55,636 nucleotides of DNA from an uncultured Clostridium sp. (GTDB taxonomy: Bacteria; Bacillota; Clostridia; TANB77; CAG-508). Shown here one piece after another: positions 18,766-29,341 of the stretch (the stretch's first letter is position 1; the number at the start of each line of letters is the position of its first letter). The notes under the pieces were generated by a model. That model did not search any database. It was given only the letters and a program-made list of their open reading frames with translations, and was not told where the DNA came from. The stretch is taken from NCBI GenBank assembly GCA_946548575.1, contig CAMNPT010000004.1:1-55636 (forward strand), read 5' to 3'. A program made the position numbers and the translations under genes.

Positions 18766-19533
18766 TTACTTCAATTTACTCTCACCTGTACTATAATTTA
18801 TAGTCACTCCTGGTTGAACATTATATACATAAACATTAAAACAAACTCCCTGTCCTTCATCTTCTACAGAATATCCTTCCATTTGTACACCACTTGCTAC
18901 AAGATTATTATTTTTAAATATTGGTGTAACTCTATATAAAACATGATTCCTCTTATTTGTTTTTATATATGTAGCTACTTCATCCTCAAATGGTAACATT
19001 CCTTGTACATTCATATATCTTGTACCTGTTATTAGATTTTTTTCATTTGCATTTTCTCCTGCAAGTTGGTATCCAATTAAATGACAACGATTATATAAAT
19101 AATTTCCATCCACTAAACCTTCATATTTCGTTGTTTTCCAACCTGATGGTTTTATCATATTTATAGCCCCTCTTTTTTCCCCTTCTTTTGGCATAATTTG
19201 TTTACAAATATTTGCAAATGCTACTCCACATCTACCATATTCATCTAGTTCGCTATACTTTTCAAATACTTCTGTTGACACTTCATTTTTTGTAAATTGT
19301 GGTTTATTTTCATTTAAAATAACATACGGACTATCTTTATATTTTGGTATACTATCTAAATCAAATGAAGCTGTGTTATATGTAATTGTAGAACTTTCGG
19401 TTGTTCCTTGACTTATGCTATTTGTAAAATAACTATATATTTCTGCAATAGCAATTATTATAATTAAAATTAATATACTTGTTAGTGTATTTTTAATTTG
19501 TCTATTTAATTTTGTATTTCTTTTTTTACTCAT
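18766..19533 (-). CDS. Membrane-anchored DNA/RNA non-specific endonuclease (EndA-like)
   Basis: N-terminal TM; YSELDEYGRCG, YNRCHLIGYQLAGENAN, NLITGTRYMN. Confidence 0.9.
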   Translation of the reverse strand: MSKKRNTKLNRQIKNTLTSILILIIIIAIAEIYSYFTNSISQGTTESSTITYNTASFDLDSIPKYKDSPYVILNENKPQFTKNEVSTEVFEKYSELDEYGRCGVAFANICKQIMPKEGEKRGAINMIKPSGWKTTKYEGLVDGNYLYNRCHLIGYQLAGENANEKNLITGTRYMNVQGMLPFEDEVATYIKTNKRNHVLYRVTPIFKNNNLVASGVQMEGYSVEDEGQGVCFNVYVYNVQPGVTINYSTGESKLK

Positions 19534-19551
19534 CTGTTGTTCCCCTCTTTT

Positions 19552-19788
19552 TTATTCTTCGTTTTCTTCTTGTTCCAATATATCATATCCATATTTAGAA
19601 TACAACACATATTTTCCATTCTTATATTGAAGCATTGCTCCTTCTTTTGCCACTTCTATTAGATCTTCTGGAAGTTCTGTTTCTTCAAATTCTTCTTTCG
19701 CTTTTTCAGTAAAATCCCATAAATATACTATTCCATTTCTATCTTCTGTAACTAAGTATAGATGCCCCTCTTTTCTATTCTCTTCCAA
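19552..19788 (-). CDS. Small hypothetical protein
   Basis: 78-aa ORF, TTG start after GGGAG, between recG and the nuclease. Confidence 0.55.
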   Translation of the reverse strand: MEENRKEGHLYLVTEDRNGIVYLWDFTEKAKEEFEETELPEDLIEVAKEGAMLQYKNGKYVLYSKYGYDILEQEENEE

Positions 19789-19801
19789 TGTAAATCTCCC
19801 C

Positions 19802-21847
19802 TTATAATTCTATTCTATCTTTGAATTTGTCTTTTATTAAATATTTCAGCTTTTTATTTTCTTCTTTTTCCAATCTTGGATCATCTAATAATATTTTTGT
19901 TGCAACACTTTGAACTTGCTTTAAGGTTTCTATATCTTCGAATAAATTTGCAATTTTAAATTCTGGAAGCCCATGTTGCATAGTTCCGAAAAAATCTCCT
20001 GAGCCTCTTAATTCAAGATCTTTTTCAGATATTATAAATCCATCATTTGTTTCACACATTATCTTCATTCTTTCTTTTACATTTTCGCCTTTACCTTCAA
20101 ATTTTAAAATACAAAAGGATTTATACTCTCCTCTTCCTACTCTACCTCTTAATTGATGAAGTGCAGCTAATCCAAATCTTTCTGCATTCTCAATCACCAT
20201 TATATTTGCATTTGGAACATCTACACCAACCTCTATAACTGTAGTCGATATTAAAATATCTATTTCTTTATTTTTAAATCTTTTCATTATTGCATCTTTA
20301 TCTTTTTGTTTCATCTTTCCATGTATATATTCAACCTTAAATTGAGGAAAAATCTCTTTACTATATGTTTCATATAATTTCTCTACAGATTTCAAATCTA
20401 ATTCTTCATTTTCTTCTACTAAAGGACACACTATATATGCTTGTCTCCCCTCTGTTATTTGTTTCCAAATAAAACTATTTACCCTTTCTGTCATTCTTTT
20501 TCCAACTGCATAAGTTTCTATTTTCTTTCTGTTAGGTGGAAGTTCATCTATTATAGAAATATCCAAATCACCATATAAAATTAATGCTAATGTACGTGGA
20601 ATTGGTGTTGCTGTCATTACTAAAACATCAGGATTTTTACCTTTTTTAGCTATTTTTCCTCTCTGCCTTACTCCAAATCTATGTTGTTCATCTGTTACAA
20701 CTAATCCTAAATTTTTAAATTTTACATTATCTTCTATAATTGCGTGTGTACCAATTAAAATATCTATTTCACCTTTTTCAAGTCTTTCCAATATTGCTTC
20801 TTTGTTCTTTTTCGTAATTCCTGATATTAATAATTCACACTTTATATCTAATTTTTCCAATATATTTTTAAAATTTTCCAAATGCTGTGTAGCAAGTATT
20901 GCTGTTGGAGCCATTATTGCTGCTTGAAATCCACTTTTTACAGCTTTATATGCTGCACACATTGCAACAATAGTTTTACCAGAGCCAACATCACCTTGTA
21001 ACAATCTATTCATAGGCTTATCAATTTCCATATTGTGATCAATTTCCTCTAAAACCCTAAGCTGAGCCTTTGTTAAATTAAATGGTAGTGTATTTATAAC
21101 ATCACTCATTTTAGCATCTTTACTAAATTTAATTCCTTTTTCTTCATTTATATAATTATTTTTTAATTGTAATAAAGCTAATTGAACAGCAAGCAATTCT
21201 TCAAAAACCAAACGATTTCTTGCTATATTAAAGTCTTTGAATTCATCTGGAAAATGAATATGTTTTGTAGCCTCATTTATGTCTTCTAAATTATATTCTT
21301 TTAATAAATATTCTGGAAGTGTTTCTGGTAGTTTTTCATAAACCTCTGTAATACCAGCTTCCATAATTTTTCTAATACTATTTTGTGATAAACTATATGT
21401 AAGTGGATAAATTGGAATAATTCTACCAGTATTTTGTGTTTTTTCAAAATCATCAAAAACAGGGGCAGTAAAAAATACTTTACCACCCTTTTTTGTTACC
21501 TTTCCAAAAAACTTATATTTTTCGCCAACTTTAAACTTATCTTTTAAATATGGTTGATTAAACCAGGTTATAGTACATGTCCCAGTTTCATCTCTTACAA
21601 TAAGCCTTTGCATAGTTTTTCCCTTTAGCCTTACATTAGTCATCCTATTACAAACAACAGCTTCTATTAAAACCTCTTCTCCATCTTCACACTCATATAG
21701 AAATTTTGGCTTATTTCTATCTTCATAAGTTCTTGGATAATATGTAATTAAATCTTTTAATGTAAAAATACCTAATTTATTTAGTAAAATCTCTCTATTT
21801 GGCCCAACACCTTTTATATATTTTACACTCTTTTCTAAATCTAACAT
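19802..21847 (-). CDS. recG: ATP-dependent DNA helicase RecG
   Basis: GDVGSGKT, DEQHRFG, MTATPIPRT, HQLRGRVGR; start MLDLEK after GAGGAG. Confidence 0.97.
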   Translation of the reverse strand: MLDLEKSVKYIKGVGPNREILLNKLGIFTLKDLITYYPRTYEDRNKPKFLYECEDGEEVLIEAVVCNRMTNVRLKGKTMQRLIVRDETGTCTITWFNQPYLKDKFKVGEKYKFFGKVTKKGGKVFFTAPVFDDFEKTQNTGRIIPIYPLTYSLSQNSIRKIMEAGITEVYEKLPETLPEYLLKEYNLEDINEATKHIHFPDEFKDFNIARNRLVFEELLAVQLALLQLKNNYINEEKGIKFSKDAKMSDVINTLPFNLTKAQLRVLEEIDHNMEIDKPMNRLLQGDVGSGKTIVAMCAAYKAVKSGFQAAIMAPTAILATQHLENFKNILEKLDIKCELLISGITKKNKEAILERLEKGEIDILIGTHAIIEDNVKFKNLGLVVTDEQHRFGVRQRGKIAKKGKNPDVLVMTATPIPRTLALILYGDLDISIIDELPPNRKKIETYAVGKRMTERVNSFIWKQITEGRQAYIVCPLVEENEELDLKSVEKLYETYSKEIFPQFKVEYIHGKMKQKDKDAIMKRFKNKEIDILISTTVIEVGVDVPNANIMVIENAERFGLAALHQLRGRVGRGEYKSFCILKFEGKGENVKERMKIMCETNDGFIISEKDLELRGSGDFFGTMQHGLPEFKIANLFEDIETLKQVQSVATKILLDDPRLEKEENKKLKYLIKDKFKDRIEL

Positions 21848-21864
21848 TTTTCTCCTCTGAACCA

Positions 21865-21893
21865 TCAACCAAAGGGACGGTCCTTTTGGTTGA
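21865..21893. repeat. REP-like palindrome
   Basis: tcaaccaaagggacggtccttttggttga; near-identical copies at 33883 and 33944. Confidence 0.85.
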
Positions 21894-21899
21894 AATTTT

Positions 21900-22607
21900 T
21901 TAATTTATTTTAAATAATTTAAAATCTAACGCATCACAACTCACTAGTTTAAAATCAATTCCAAAATATTCTCCTTCAACTGCTTCCTTTATTGCAGTGC
22001 TATGCAAATGTCCATAATAACATTTTTTTATGTTATTATTTTTCATAATTCTAACAAATTCTGTCATTTCATTTTGATTTATATTACTTTTAGTAAGGGG
22101 TGGATAGTGCATAAATGCAATTATTTCTTTATCTTCTCCATATCTTTTTATTGCATCTTCTATAGATATTTCTAATCTTATTGATTCTCTATTTATCATT
22201 TTTTTGTCTTCTTCGCTCTCAGTTATATTCCATCCTCTTGTTCCTACAATTATTTGATTTTCATATTTATAAGAATTATTGTATAAAAAATCTATATTTT
22301 TTATATCTTTTTCTATTAAAAAATTTCTCATACTTTTTAAAGTTCCCCACCAATAATCGTGATTTCCTTTTAATAGTAGTTTTTTTCCTGGCAAATCATT
22401 TAAATATTTAAAATCTTCATCCGAATCTTCTAAATACATTGCCCAAGAAAAATCACCTGGTAGTATTACTAAGTCATCTTCTTTTACTTTTTCTAACCAA
22501 TCCTGTTTTATCTTTATTTCATGATTTTCCCAGTTTTCGCCAAATATACTCATTGGCTTATTTTCTTTGAATGATAGGTGTAAATCACCAATTGTGTATA
22601 TTGACAT
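21900..22607 (-). CDS. Calcineurin-like metallophosphoesterase
   Basis: GDLHLS, PGDFSW, GNHD, HYPP, YGHLH. Confidence 0.9.
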   Translation of the reverse strand: MSIYTIGDLHLSFKENKPMSIFGENWENHEIKIKQDWLEKVKEDDLVILPGDFSWAMYLEDSDEDFKYLNDLPGKKLLLKGNHDYWWGTLKSMRNFLIEKDIKNIDFLYNNSYKYENQIIVGTRGWNITESEEDKKMINRESIRLEISIEDAIKRYGEDKEIIAFMHYPPLTKSNINQNEMTEFVRIMKNNNIKKCYYGHLHSTAIKEAVEGEYFGIDFKLVSCDALDFKLFKIN

Positions 22608-22651
22608 TTTTATTATCTCCCTTCTTCATTTCACATCTGTCTTAAAAAATA

Positions 22652-23669
22652 TTATATTTCAAAATGTCCTATTCCTAGCTGGACATTTGGCATAGCATTT
22701 AGGTCTAAAGTGTCTCTTTTTCCCGCTAAAAAATTATAATATCCTGCAGATGCTATCATAGCTGCATTGTCCGTACATAATTTTAAATCTGGCATAAAAA
22801 CATGAATTCCTTCTTTCTCTAGTTGTAAGAAAGCATGTCTTATATATGAATTTGCTGATACCCCTCCTGCAAGTGTTATTTTTTTTATTTTTGTTTGTTT
22901 TATTGCTTTTTTTACATTTTCCATTAGTGTATCAGTTACATTTTTTTGAAAACTTGCACATAAATCTGCTCTATTTATATTTGGGTTTTTATGATGTATG
23001 TTTATTACAGCTGTTTTTATTCCACTAAAGCTAAAATCAAGTGTTTCTCCTTCAAAATGAGTTTTTGGTAATTCTATGTTTGGCTGTCCATCTAATGCTA
23101 ATTTATCTACTTTTGGTCCTCCTGGATATCCTAATCCAATTACTCTTGCTACTTTATCAAATGCTTCTCCTATTGCATCATCTCTAGTTTTTCCAAGAAC
23201 ATCAAATTCTGTATAATCTTTTACATGTACAATTTGTGTATTTCCTCCTGACATCATTACACATAGAAATGGTGGTTCTAAATCTTTATATGTAATATAA
23301 TTTGCAGCAATATGACCTTCTATATGATTAACTCCTACAAGTGGTTTTTGAGTAGCATAACTTAGTGCTTTTGCATAAGATAAACCTACTAATAAAGCTC
23401 CTACTAAACCAGGTCCATAAGTTGGTGTTATGGCATCTATTTCTTTAAATGTAATGTTTGCATCTTTTAATGCTTTTTTTGTAACTCGAGAAATAGCCTC
23501 TATATGATTTCTAGAGGCTATTTCTGGCACAACTCCACCATATTTTTCATGTATTGGTATTTGTGTATCTATTATATTTGATAAAATTTCTCTTCCATTT
23601 TTTACTATTGCAACTGATGTTTCATCACAACTTGATTCAACTCCGCATTGTTATTATATCTTTTAACAT
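22652..23669 (-). CDS. tsaD: tRNA N6-threonylcarbamoyltransferase TsaD, requiring a +1 shift at CGG 23643-23645
   Basis: MLKDIITM-[C skipped][10 protein letters not shown]...[40 protein letters not shown]. Confidence 0.9.
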
Positions 23670-23671
23670 AT

Positions 23672-24406
23672 TTAAATAATCCTATTTCCTAAATTTAATA
23701 ATCCATTTGTTATCCAACTAATTAGAGGAGATATTATTGAACCTGCTATTCCTGTTATCCATAGTAATACAAATACTATATAAAAAATCTGCTCATTATT
23801 TACAAAAAAAGCTTTTGCTTTTGATGGCAAAAATGGCATTATTATTTTTGAACCATCTAATGGTGGTAGTGGTAATAAATTAAACACTCCTAATCCAACG
23901 TTTATTGATATTGCGTATAATATTAATGTCATTATAACTTTACCTATTGTTCCACTTAAAAAAGCTCCTCCTGCAAATTTATAAATTAAAAAGTAAATTA
24001 TAGTAAATATAATTGCTAATAAAAAATTCATTATTGGTCCTGCTGCAGAAACAATTGCTTCTCCTGTTTCCATAGATATTTTTCTTGTATAGTTTCTTGG
24101 ATTAACTTCTACTGGTTTTCCCCATCCAAATCCTGCAATTAGCAACATTAATGAACCTATTGGATCTAAATGGTCAAGTGGATTTAAAGTCAATCTTCCT
24201 TGATTTTTTGCTGTATTATCCCCTAATTTATATGCTATATATCCATGAGCAAATTCGTGAAATGTTATTGCAATTAATACTCCTGGCACACTTAATAGCA
24301 ATGATAATAACTGGTTAGGATTTGCTATAAATTGCATTATTGCAATCCCTACCATAATTGCAATTAATATATTCATTGTTTTTCTATCTAATGAAAAATT
24401 AAACAT
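23672..24406 (-). CDS. Site-2 protease family (M50) membrane metalloprotease
   Basis: HEFAH, AAGP, FNLLPLPPLDG. Confidence 0.92.
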   Translation of the reverse strand: MFNFSLDRKTMNILIAIMVGIAIMQFIANPNQLLSLLLSVPGVLIAITFHEFAHGYIAYKLGDNTAKNQGRLTLNPLDHLDPIGSLMLLIAGFGWGKPVEVNPRNYTRKISMETGEAIVSAAGPIMNFLLAIIFTIIYFLIYKFAGGAFLSGTIGKVIMTLILYAISINVGLGVFNLLPLPPLDGSKIIMPFLPSKAKAFFVNNEQIFYIVFVLLWITGIAGSIISPLISWITNGLLNLGNRII

Positions 24407-24436
24407 AAGTTTTTTCTCCTCTATCTATAAATTTAC

Positions 24437-25939
24437 TTAATTTAATGGTTTCATAGTTGGGAAAAATATTACATCTCTTATTGATGCTGAATTTGTAAGT
24501 AACATAACTAATCTATCTAATCCTATTCCCATTCCTCCAGTTGGTGGTAAACCAATTTCTAGAGCCTGTACAAAGTCCTCATCCATTCCACCTGCTTCTT
24601 CATCACCTTTTGCCTTTGCTTCAGCTTGTTTTGCAAGTCTTTCATATTGGTCTATTGGGTCATTTAATTCTGAATATGCATTTCCATATTCTCTTCCACC
24701 AATAAATAACTCAAATCTTTCAACTAATTCTGGTTGTTCTTTCTTTCTTTTTGTTAATGGTGATATTTCTACAGGATAATCCATAATAAATGTTGGTTGT
24801 ATTAAAGTTTCTTCTACAAATGTTTCAAAAAATTCATTTATTATATGTCCTCTTGTATTTTTTATTTCTTCAAATTCTACTCCTTTTTCTTTAGCTATAG
24901 CTTGTGCTTCTTCATCAGTTTTTATTGTATTAAAGTCAACTCCTGATACCTCTTTTATAGCATCTATCATAGTTATTCTTCTCCATCCTGGTGTTAAATC
25001 TATTTCTGTTTCTCCATAAGTTATTTTTGTTGTTCCTAATACATTTTTTGCAACTGTTGATATTAATTCTTCAGCTATATTCATCATATCATTGTAATCT
25101 TCATAAGCTGAGTAAAATTCCATGTTTGTGAATTCAGGATTATGTTTAATGTCCATTCCTTCATTTCTAAAATTTTTACCAATTTCAAAGACTTTATCAA
25201 TTCCACCTACAATAAGTCTTTTTAAATTTAATTCTGGCGCAATTCTTAAATACATTTCTAAATTTAATGTATTATGGTGTGTAATAAATGGTCTAGCCGC
25301 ATCTCCTGTTGCTACTGTTGTAAGTGCTGGTGTTTCAACTTCCATATATCCTTTTTTATCCATAAAGGCTCTTATTTCTTTAAATATTTTACTTCTTAAT
25401 ACAAATGTTTCTTTTACTTCAGGATTTACAATTAAATCTGTGTATCTTTGTCTATATCTTAAATCTGGATCTTTTAATCCATGAAATTTCTCTGGTAATG
25501 GTCTTAATGATTTTGTAAGTAATGTTACCTCTTTCGCATGTACAGATATTTCTTCTGTTCTTGTTTTAAATACAAAACCTGTTATTCCAATAATATCTCC
25601 AATATCATAGGTTTTGAATTCTTTATAGCTTTCTTCTCCCAAATCATTTATACTAACATAACTTTGAATTTTTTCATCACAGTCCTGTATAGTGCAGAAT
25701 GAAGCTTTTCCCATTATCCTTTTAGCTATAATTCTTCCTGCAACTGTTACATCTTTTTGTTCAAATTTTTCATAATTTGTTTTTATTTCTCCTGCAGTGT
25801 TTGTTCTATCAAATTTTGTAATTTCATAAGGATTTTTCCCTTGCTCTTGTAACTCTTTTAATTTATCTCTTCTTATTTGCATTAGATGATTTATATCTAA
25901 TTCTTCAGCTGGATTATTTTGATTTTCGTTTTCTTGCAT
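24437..25939 (-). CDS. lysS: Lysine--tRNA ligase (class II)
   Basis: [38 protein letters not shown]. Confidence 0.98.
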   Translation of the reverse strand: MQENENQNNPAEELDINHLMQIRRDKLKELQEQGKNPYEITKFDRTNTAGEIKTNYEKFEQKDVTVAGRIIAKRIMGKASFCTIQDCDEKIQSYVSINDLGEESYKEFKTYDIGDIIGITGFVFKTRTEEISVHAKEVTLLTKSLRPLPEKFHGLKDPDLRYRQRYTDLIVNPEVKETFVLRSKIFKEIRAFMDKKGYMEVETPALTTVATGDAARPFITHHNTLNLEMYLRIAPELNLKRLIVGGIDKVFEIGKNFRNEGMDIKHNPEFTNMEFYSAYEDYNDMMNIAEELISTVAKNVLGTTKITYGETEIDLTPGWRRITMIDAIKEVSGVDFNTIKTDEEAQAIAKEKGVEFEEIKNTRGHIINEFFETFVEETLIQPTFIMDYPVEISPLTKRKKEQPELVERFELFIGGREYGNAYSELNDPIDQYERLAKQAEAKAKGDEEAGGMDEDFVQALEIGLPPTGGMGIGLDRLVMLLTNSASIRDVIFFPTMKPLN

Positions 25940-25982
25940 TTTTACCTCTCCTTATTTTTATTAAGCTACTTTGTAATAGCTT

Positions 25983-26057
25983 TGGCTGGGGTAGTAAGAT
26001 TCGAACTTACGAATGACCGGGTCAGAGCCGGTTGCCTTACCACTTGGCGATACCCCA
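25983..26057 (-). tRNA. tRNA-Gln (anticodon CTG)
   Basis: TGGGGTATCGCCAAGTGGTAAGGCA-ACCGG-CTCTGAC-CCGGT-CATTCGTAAGTTCGAATCTTACTACCCCAGCCA; 75 nt, encoded CCA. Confidence 0.95.
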
Positions 26058-26151
26058 ATATTATTGCTATATTATATCAAAAAAATCAGAATAAATAAAT
26101 AGTTTTTAGAAATTTCTTTTAAATAATTATTGATATATAAAAGCCAGAGAC

Positions 26152-26203
26152 TGAAGTCAACCCAAATTGTTAAATTTTTTTCTAACAATTTGGGTTTTCT
26201 TCA
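26152..26203. mobile_element. Minimal IS3-like inverted-repeat remnant (MITE-like)
   Basis: TGAAG..aacccaaattgtta / taacaatttgggtt..CTTCA; TG...CA ends with no internal ORF. Confidence 0.45.
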
Positions 26204-26226
26204 AAAATTTTCTTTAACTTTAATTT

Positions 26227-26748
26227 TTATATATTTAATAAAATTTCTTCACATTTCTTATAATCTGGTTCATATTTTTTTAACATTTTGTAAAAACTCT
26301 GACAATGTGTTTTATATTTTAAATGGCAATATTGATGTAAGACAATATAATCTATTATTTTTCTGCTATATTTTACAACTTCAGGATTAATTGTTATTTT
26401 ATTATTTTCACAAGTTCCAAGTGTATTTATTTTTGCAATTTCATATTCTTCTGGTGCTATTCCTAACATTATCCTTATTTTTTCCATTGCTCTTTCTATT
26501 TCAACTCTTGCTATTTGCTCATACATTTTTTCTATTGCTAAATCTAATATATCTTTACTTTCCATTTTTTTATATTTATTGGGAAGTGATATTTTTATAG
26601 TTTTATTTTCTACATCTAGTTCTGTTACTTTTGTATTTTTATATGATATTTTTACTTTATAATCTATCCCAAGTACAGGAACTGGATGTCTCTCAATACT
26701 ACTATTCATCATTATTTTTAGATTTGTTTTTCTTTTTACTATATTCAT
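26227..26748 (-). CDS. YgjP/DUF45-like (M48-type) protein with a degenerate HExxH motif
   Basis: IDYIVLHQYCHLKY..H...FY. Confidence 0.75.
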   Translation of the reverse strand: MNIVKRKTNLKIMMNSSIERHPVPVLGIDYKVKISYKNTKVTELDVENKTIKISLPNKYKKMESKDILDLAIEKMYEQIARVEIERAMEKIRIMLGIAPEEYEIAKINTLGTCENNKITINPEVVKYSRKIIDYIVLHQYCHLKYKTHCQSFYKMLKKYEPDYKKCEEILLNI

Positions 26749-26923
26749 TTAATATCACTCCTTACTAAAATTTTTGTTTTACAAATTGTTGTTCGCTTTT
26801 GTTGTTTCTATTTTACATTTTATTTTTTAGTTTGTCAATACTTTTTTATGATTTTTTCAAAATTTTTGTTCGCCATCTTTGTAAGGCTTGATTTTATTGA
26901 ATTTGTATTTTATAAAAAAATAT

Positions 26924-26951
26924 AAGGCAACATTTTTAATGTTACCTTTTT
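26924..26951. terminator. Terminator after rplS
   Basis: aaggcaacat/atgttacctt. Confidence 0.55.
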
Positions 26952-26956
26952 AAAAA

Positions 26957-27547
26957 TTATTCTGATTTATTTTCAGTTTTTTCTTCTTTTTTTACTTCTT
27001 CTACAACTGGTGCTTCTTTTACATCTTCAACAGGTTTTTCTGAAACTGTATCAACAACTTCTTCTACTACAACGTCTTTAGTTTCAACTGCTGGTTTTTC
27101 TTCTGGTGCAGCTTCAACAGGAGTTTCTGTTGTTTCAGCTTCTTCAGCTACAGGTTCTTCTGCTAATTCTTCTTTAATTACTATTTCTCTGTTTTCGATT
27201 CTAGCTCCAACCATTTCCTTAGTTTTAGCTGCTTTACCAACTCTGTCTCTTAAGTAGAATAATCTTGCTCTTCTTGCTTTACCTACTCTTACTAATTCTA
27301 CTTTTTCTACTAATGGTGAATGTACTAAAAATGTTTTTTCAACACCAACACCATAAGATATTTTTCTAACTGTAAATGTTTGATTTACTCCTCCTCCTTG
27401 TACTTTTATGATAGTTCCTTCAAATACTTGGATTCTTTCTTTATTTCCTTCTTTTATTCTTACGTGAACTCTAACAGTATTACCAACTTTTAATTCTGGT
27501 ATTTTGTTTTTTAATTGTTCATGTTCAATAGATTTTATTATGTCCAT
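26957..27547 (-). CDS. rplS: 50S ribosomal protein L19 with a long acidic C-terminal tail
   Basis: [34 protein letters not shown]; true start MDIIKS after AGGAGG. Confidence 0.97.
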   Translation of the reverse strand: MDIIKSIEHEQLKNKIPELKVGNTVRVHVRIKEGNKERIQVFEGTIIKVQGGGVNQTFTVRKISYGVGVEKTFLVHSPLVEKVELVRVGKARRARLFYLRDRVGKAAKTKEMVGARIENREIVIKEELAEEPVAEEAETTETPVEAAPEEKPAVETKDVVVEEVVDTVSEKPVEDVKEAPVVEEVKKEEKTENKSE

Positions 27548-27602
27548 TTTTTTATTCCTCCTTTTCTTTTTCGTCCGAGCGGTGTACCTTTTGCACACTT
27601 CT

Positions 27603-28262
27603 TTATAATAAATCTGGTCTTTTTATCTTTGTTATTTCCAAAGATTTTTCTTGTCTCCATTTTTTTATATTTTGATGATTCCCTGAAAGTAAAACTTCCG
27701 GTACTTTTTCACCTTCAAATATTTCTGGTCTAGTGTATTGCGGATATTCTAAAAACCCGTTTGAAAAACTTTCTTCTTTTATTGAATCTTGTTTCAAAAC
27801 ACCTTTTACATATCTGGATATACTATCTATTAACACCATAGCTGGTATTTCGCCACCTGTTAATACATAATCTCCAATTGATATTTCTTCATCCACAATT
27901 TTATCTAATACTCTTTGATCTATTCCTTCATAATGTCCACAAAGTATAATTAAATGTTCTTGATTTGATAATTCTTCTACTTTTTTTTGGTTCATTTTTT
28001 TTCCTTGTGGTGACATATATATAACTTTTGCATCTTCAGCATTTATTGATTTATATGCATCATATACAACATCAGGCATAATTACCATTCCTGCACCACC
28101 ACCATATGGAGTATCATCAACTTTTTTGTGTTTATCTTTAGAAAAATCTCTAATATTAATCAAATTAATTTGTATTAGCTTTTTCTCTAAAGCTTTTCCA
28201 ATGATACTTTGTTTTAAACTATCAAACATTTCTGGGAAAAGCGTTAAAACATCAAATTTCAT
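27603..28262 (-). CDS. trmD: tRNA (guanine-N1)-methyltransferase
   Basis: [33 protein letters not shown]. Confidence 0.97.
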   Translation of the reverse strand: MKFDVLTLFPEMFDSLKQSIIGKALEKKLIQINLINIRDFSKDKHKKVDDTPYGGGAGMVIMPDVVYDAYKSINAEDAKVIYMSPQGKKMNQKKVEELSNQEHLIILCGHYEGIDQRVLDKIVDEEISIGDYVLTGGEIPAMVLIDSISRYVKGVLKQDSIKEESFSNGFLEYPQYTRPEIFEGEKVPEVLLSGNHQNIKKWRQEKSLEITKIKRPDLL

Positions 28263-28279
28263 TTTTACCTCCATATTAT

Positions 28280-28786
28280 TTAAATTAAACCTGGTAATAA
28301 ATGAACTATTATTTTTTTATTATCAATATCAATTTCTTTTATAACATCATCGATTCCTGGTAATAAAATTTCTTTTTCTAATTCATTTTTTATAACATAT
28401 ATATCATTACTTCCAGTATTATAAATATCTTTTATAATTCCAAGTAATTTTCCTTCATCAGTATATACCTCTAAACCAATCAAATCCACTATGTAATAAG
28501 TTCCTTTCTCAAGAGGTTCTAGATTTTCTCTATCAACTATTATTAAACCATCACGAAGCAAATTTGCTTGTTCTATGGTATCTATACCTTTAAATTTAAT
28601 CAAAGCCATATTTTTATGTTCTTGTGCTTTTTCTATTTCATATTCTTTCTTTGTATTTTGACTTTCAATATAGACTTTCTTTAATATATTAAATTTATTT
28701 ATGTCATCTGTAAAAGGTTTTACTTTTACCATGCCCTTTATACCAAAAGTATTTACAATTTTACCAATTTCAAGATATTTTGTCAT
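28280..28786 (-). CDS. rimM: Ribosome maturation factor RimM
   Basis: IGKIVNTFGIKG, YYIVDLIGL, TGSNDIY; synteny. Confidence 0.95.
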   Translation of the reverse strand: MTKYLEIGKIVNTFGIKGMVKVKPFTDDINKFNILKKVYIESQNTKKEYEIEKAQEHKNMALIKFKGIDTIEQANLLRDGLIIVDRENLEPLEKGTYYIVDLIGLEVYTDEGKLLGIIKDIYNTGSNDIYVIKNELEKEILLPGIDDVIKEIDIDNKKIIVHLLPGLI

Positions 28787-28803
28787 TTTTAATTCCTTTC
28801 TAA

Positions 28804-29034
28804 TTATCCAAGAAATTCAACTGACACTTTTTTATGTTCTTTTGTAGCTACAGCTTTCATTACAGTTCTAATAGATTTAGCAAGTCTACCTTGTTTTCCT
28901 ATTACTTTTCCCATATCTGTCTCTGCAACTTTAACTTCAAATTTAACATCTTTTTCTCCACTTATAGTATTAATTTCAATTGCATCTTTGTTATCAACTA
29001 AATTTGAAATAATTGTTTTTAAAATTTCTTCCAT
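28804..29034 (-). CDS. khpA: KH-domain RNA-binding protein KhpA
   Basis: DMGKVIGKQGRLAKSIRT. Confidence 0.93.
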   Translation of the reverse strand: MEEILKTIISNLVDNKDAIEINTISGEKDVKFEVKVAETDMGKVIGKQGRLAKSIRTVMKAVATKEHKKVSVEFLG

Positions 29035-29055
29035 TTCTATTTTCCCTTCGAAATA

Positions 29056-29289
29056 TTATTTTGTTTTTTCAATAATATCTTTAACAGTATCTGTTGGTTT
29101 TGCACCATTTTTTATCCATTTTTGTACTTTTTCATTATCTAATACAACAGTTACTGGGTTTGTCATTGGATCATATGTTCCTAATTTCTCTATTATTTTA
29201 CCATCTCTAGGACTTCTTGAATCTGCAACAACTATGTGGTAAAATGGAGCTTTTTTCTTTCCTTGTCTTTGTAATCTAATTTTTACCAT
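29056..29289 (-). CDS. rpsP: 30S ribosomal protein S16
   Basis: [26 protein letters not shown]. Confidence 0.98.
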   Translation of the reverse strand: MVKIRLQRQGKKKAPFYHIVVADSRSPRDGKIIEKLGTYDPMTNPVTVVLDNEKVQKWIKNGAKPTDTVKDIIEKTK

Positions 29290-29341
29290 TATCTTCACCT
29301 CCAAAATTATATATATAAATTTAAAAAATAAAAAACTAAAA

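Noticed and set aside
25983-26057. tRNA-Gln as a possible CGG-decoding or frameshift-suppressor tRNA
   Set aside because: The anticodon loop is a normal 7 nt (CT-CTG-AC) reading CAG; the CCGG runs are in the stem.
27548-27598. ORF-track N-terminal extensions of rplS (also recG 21848-21868, gpmI 40819-40878, tnpV 699-782)
   Set aside because: Better RBS-linked downstream starts match the known protein N-termini; the extensions run through leader or repeat DNA.
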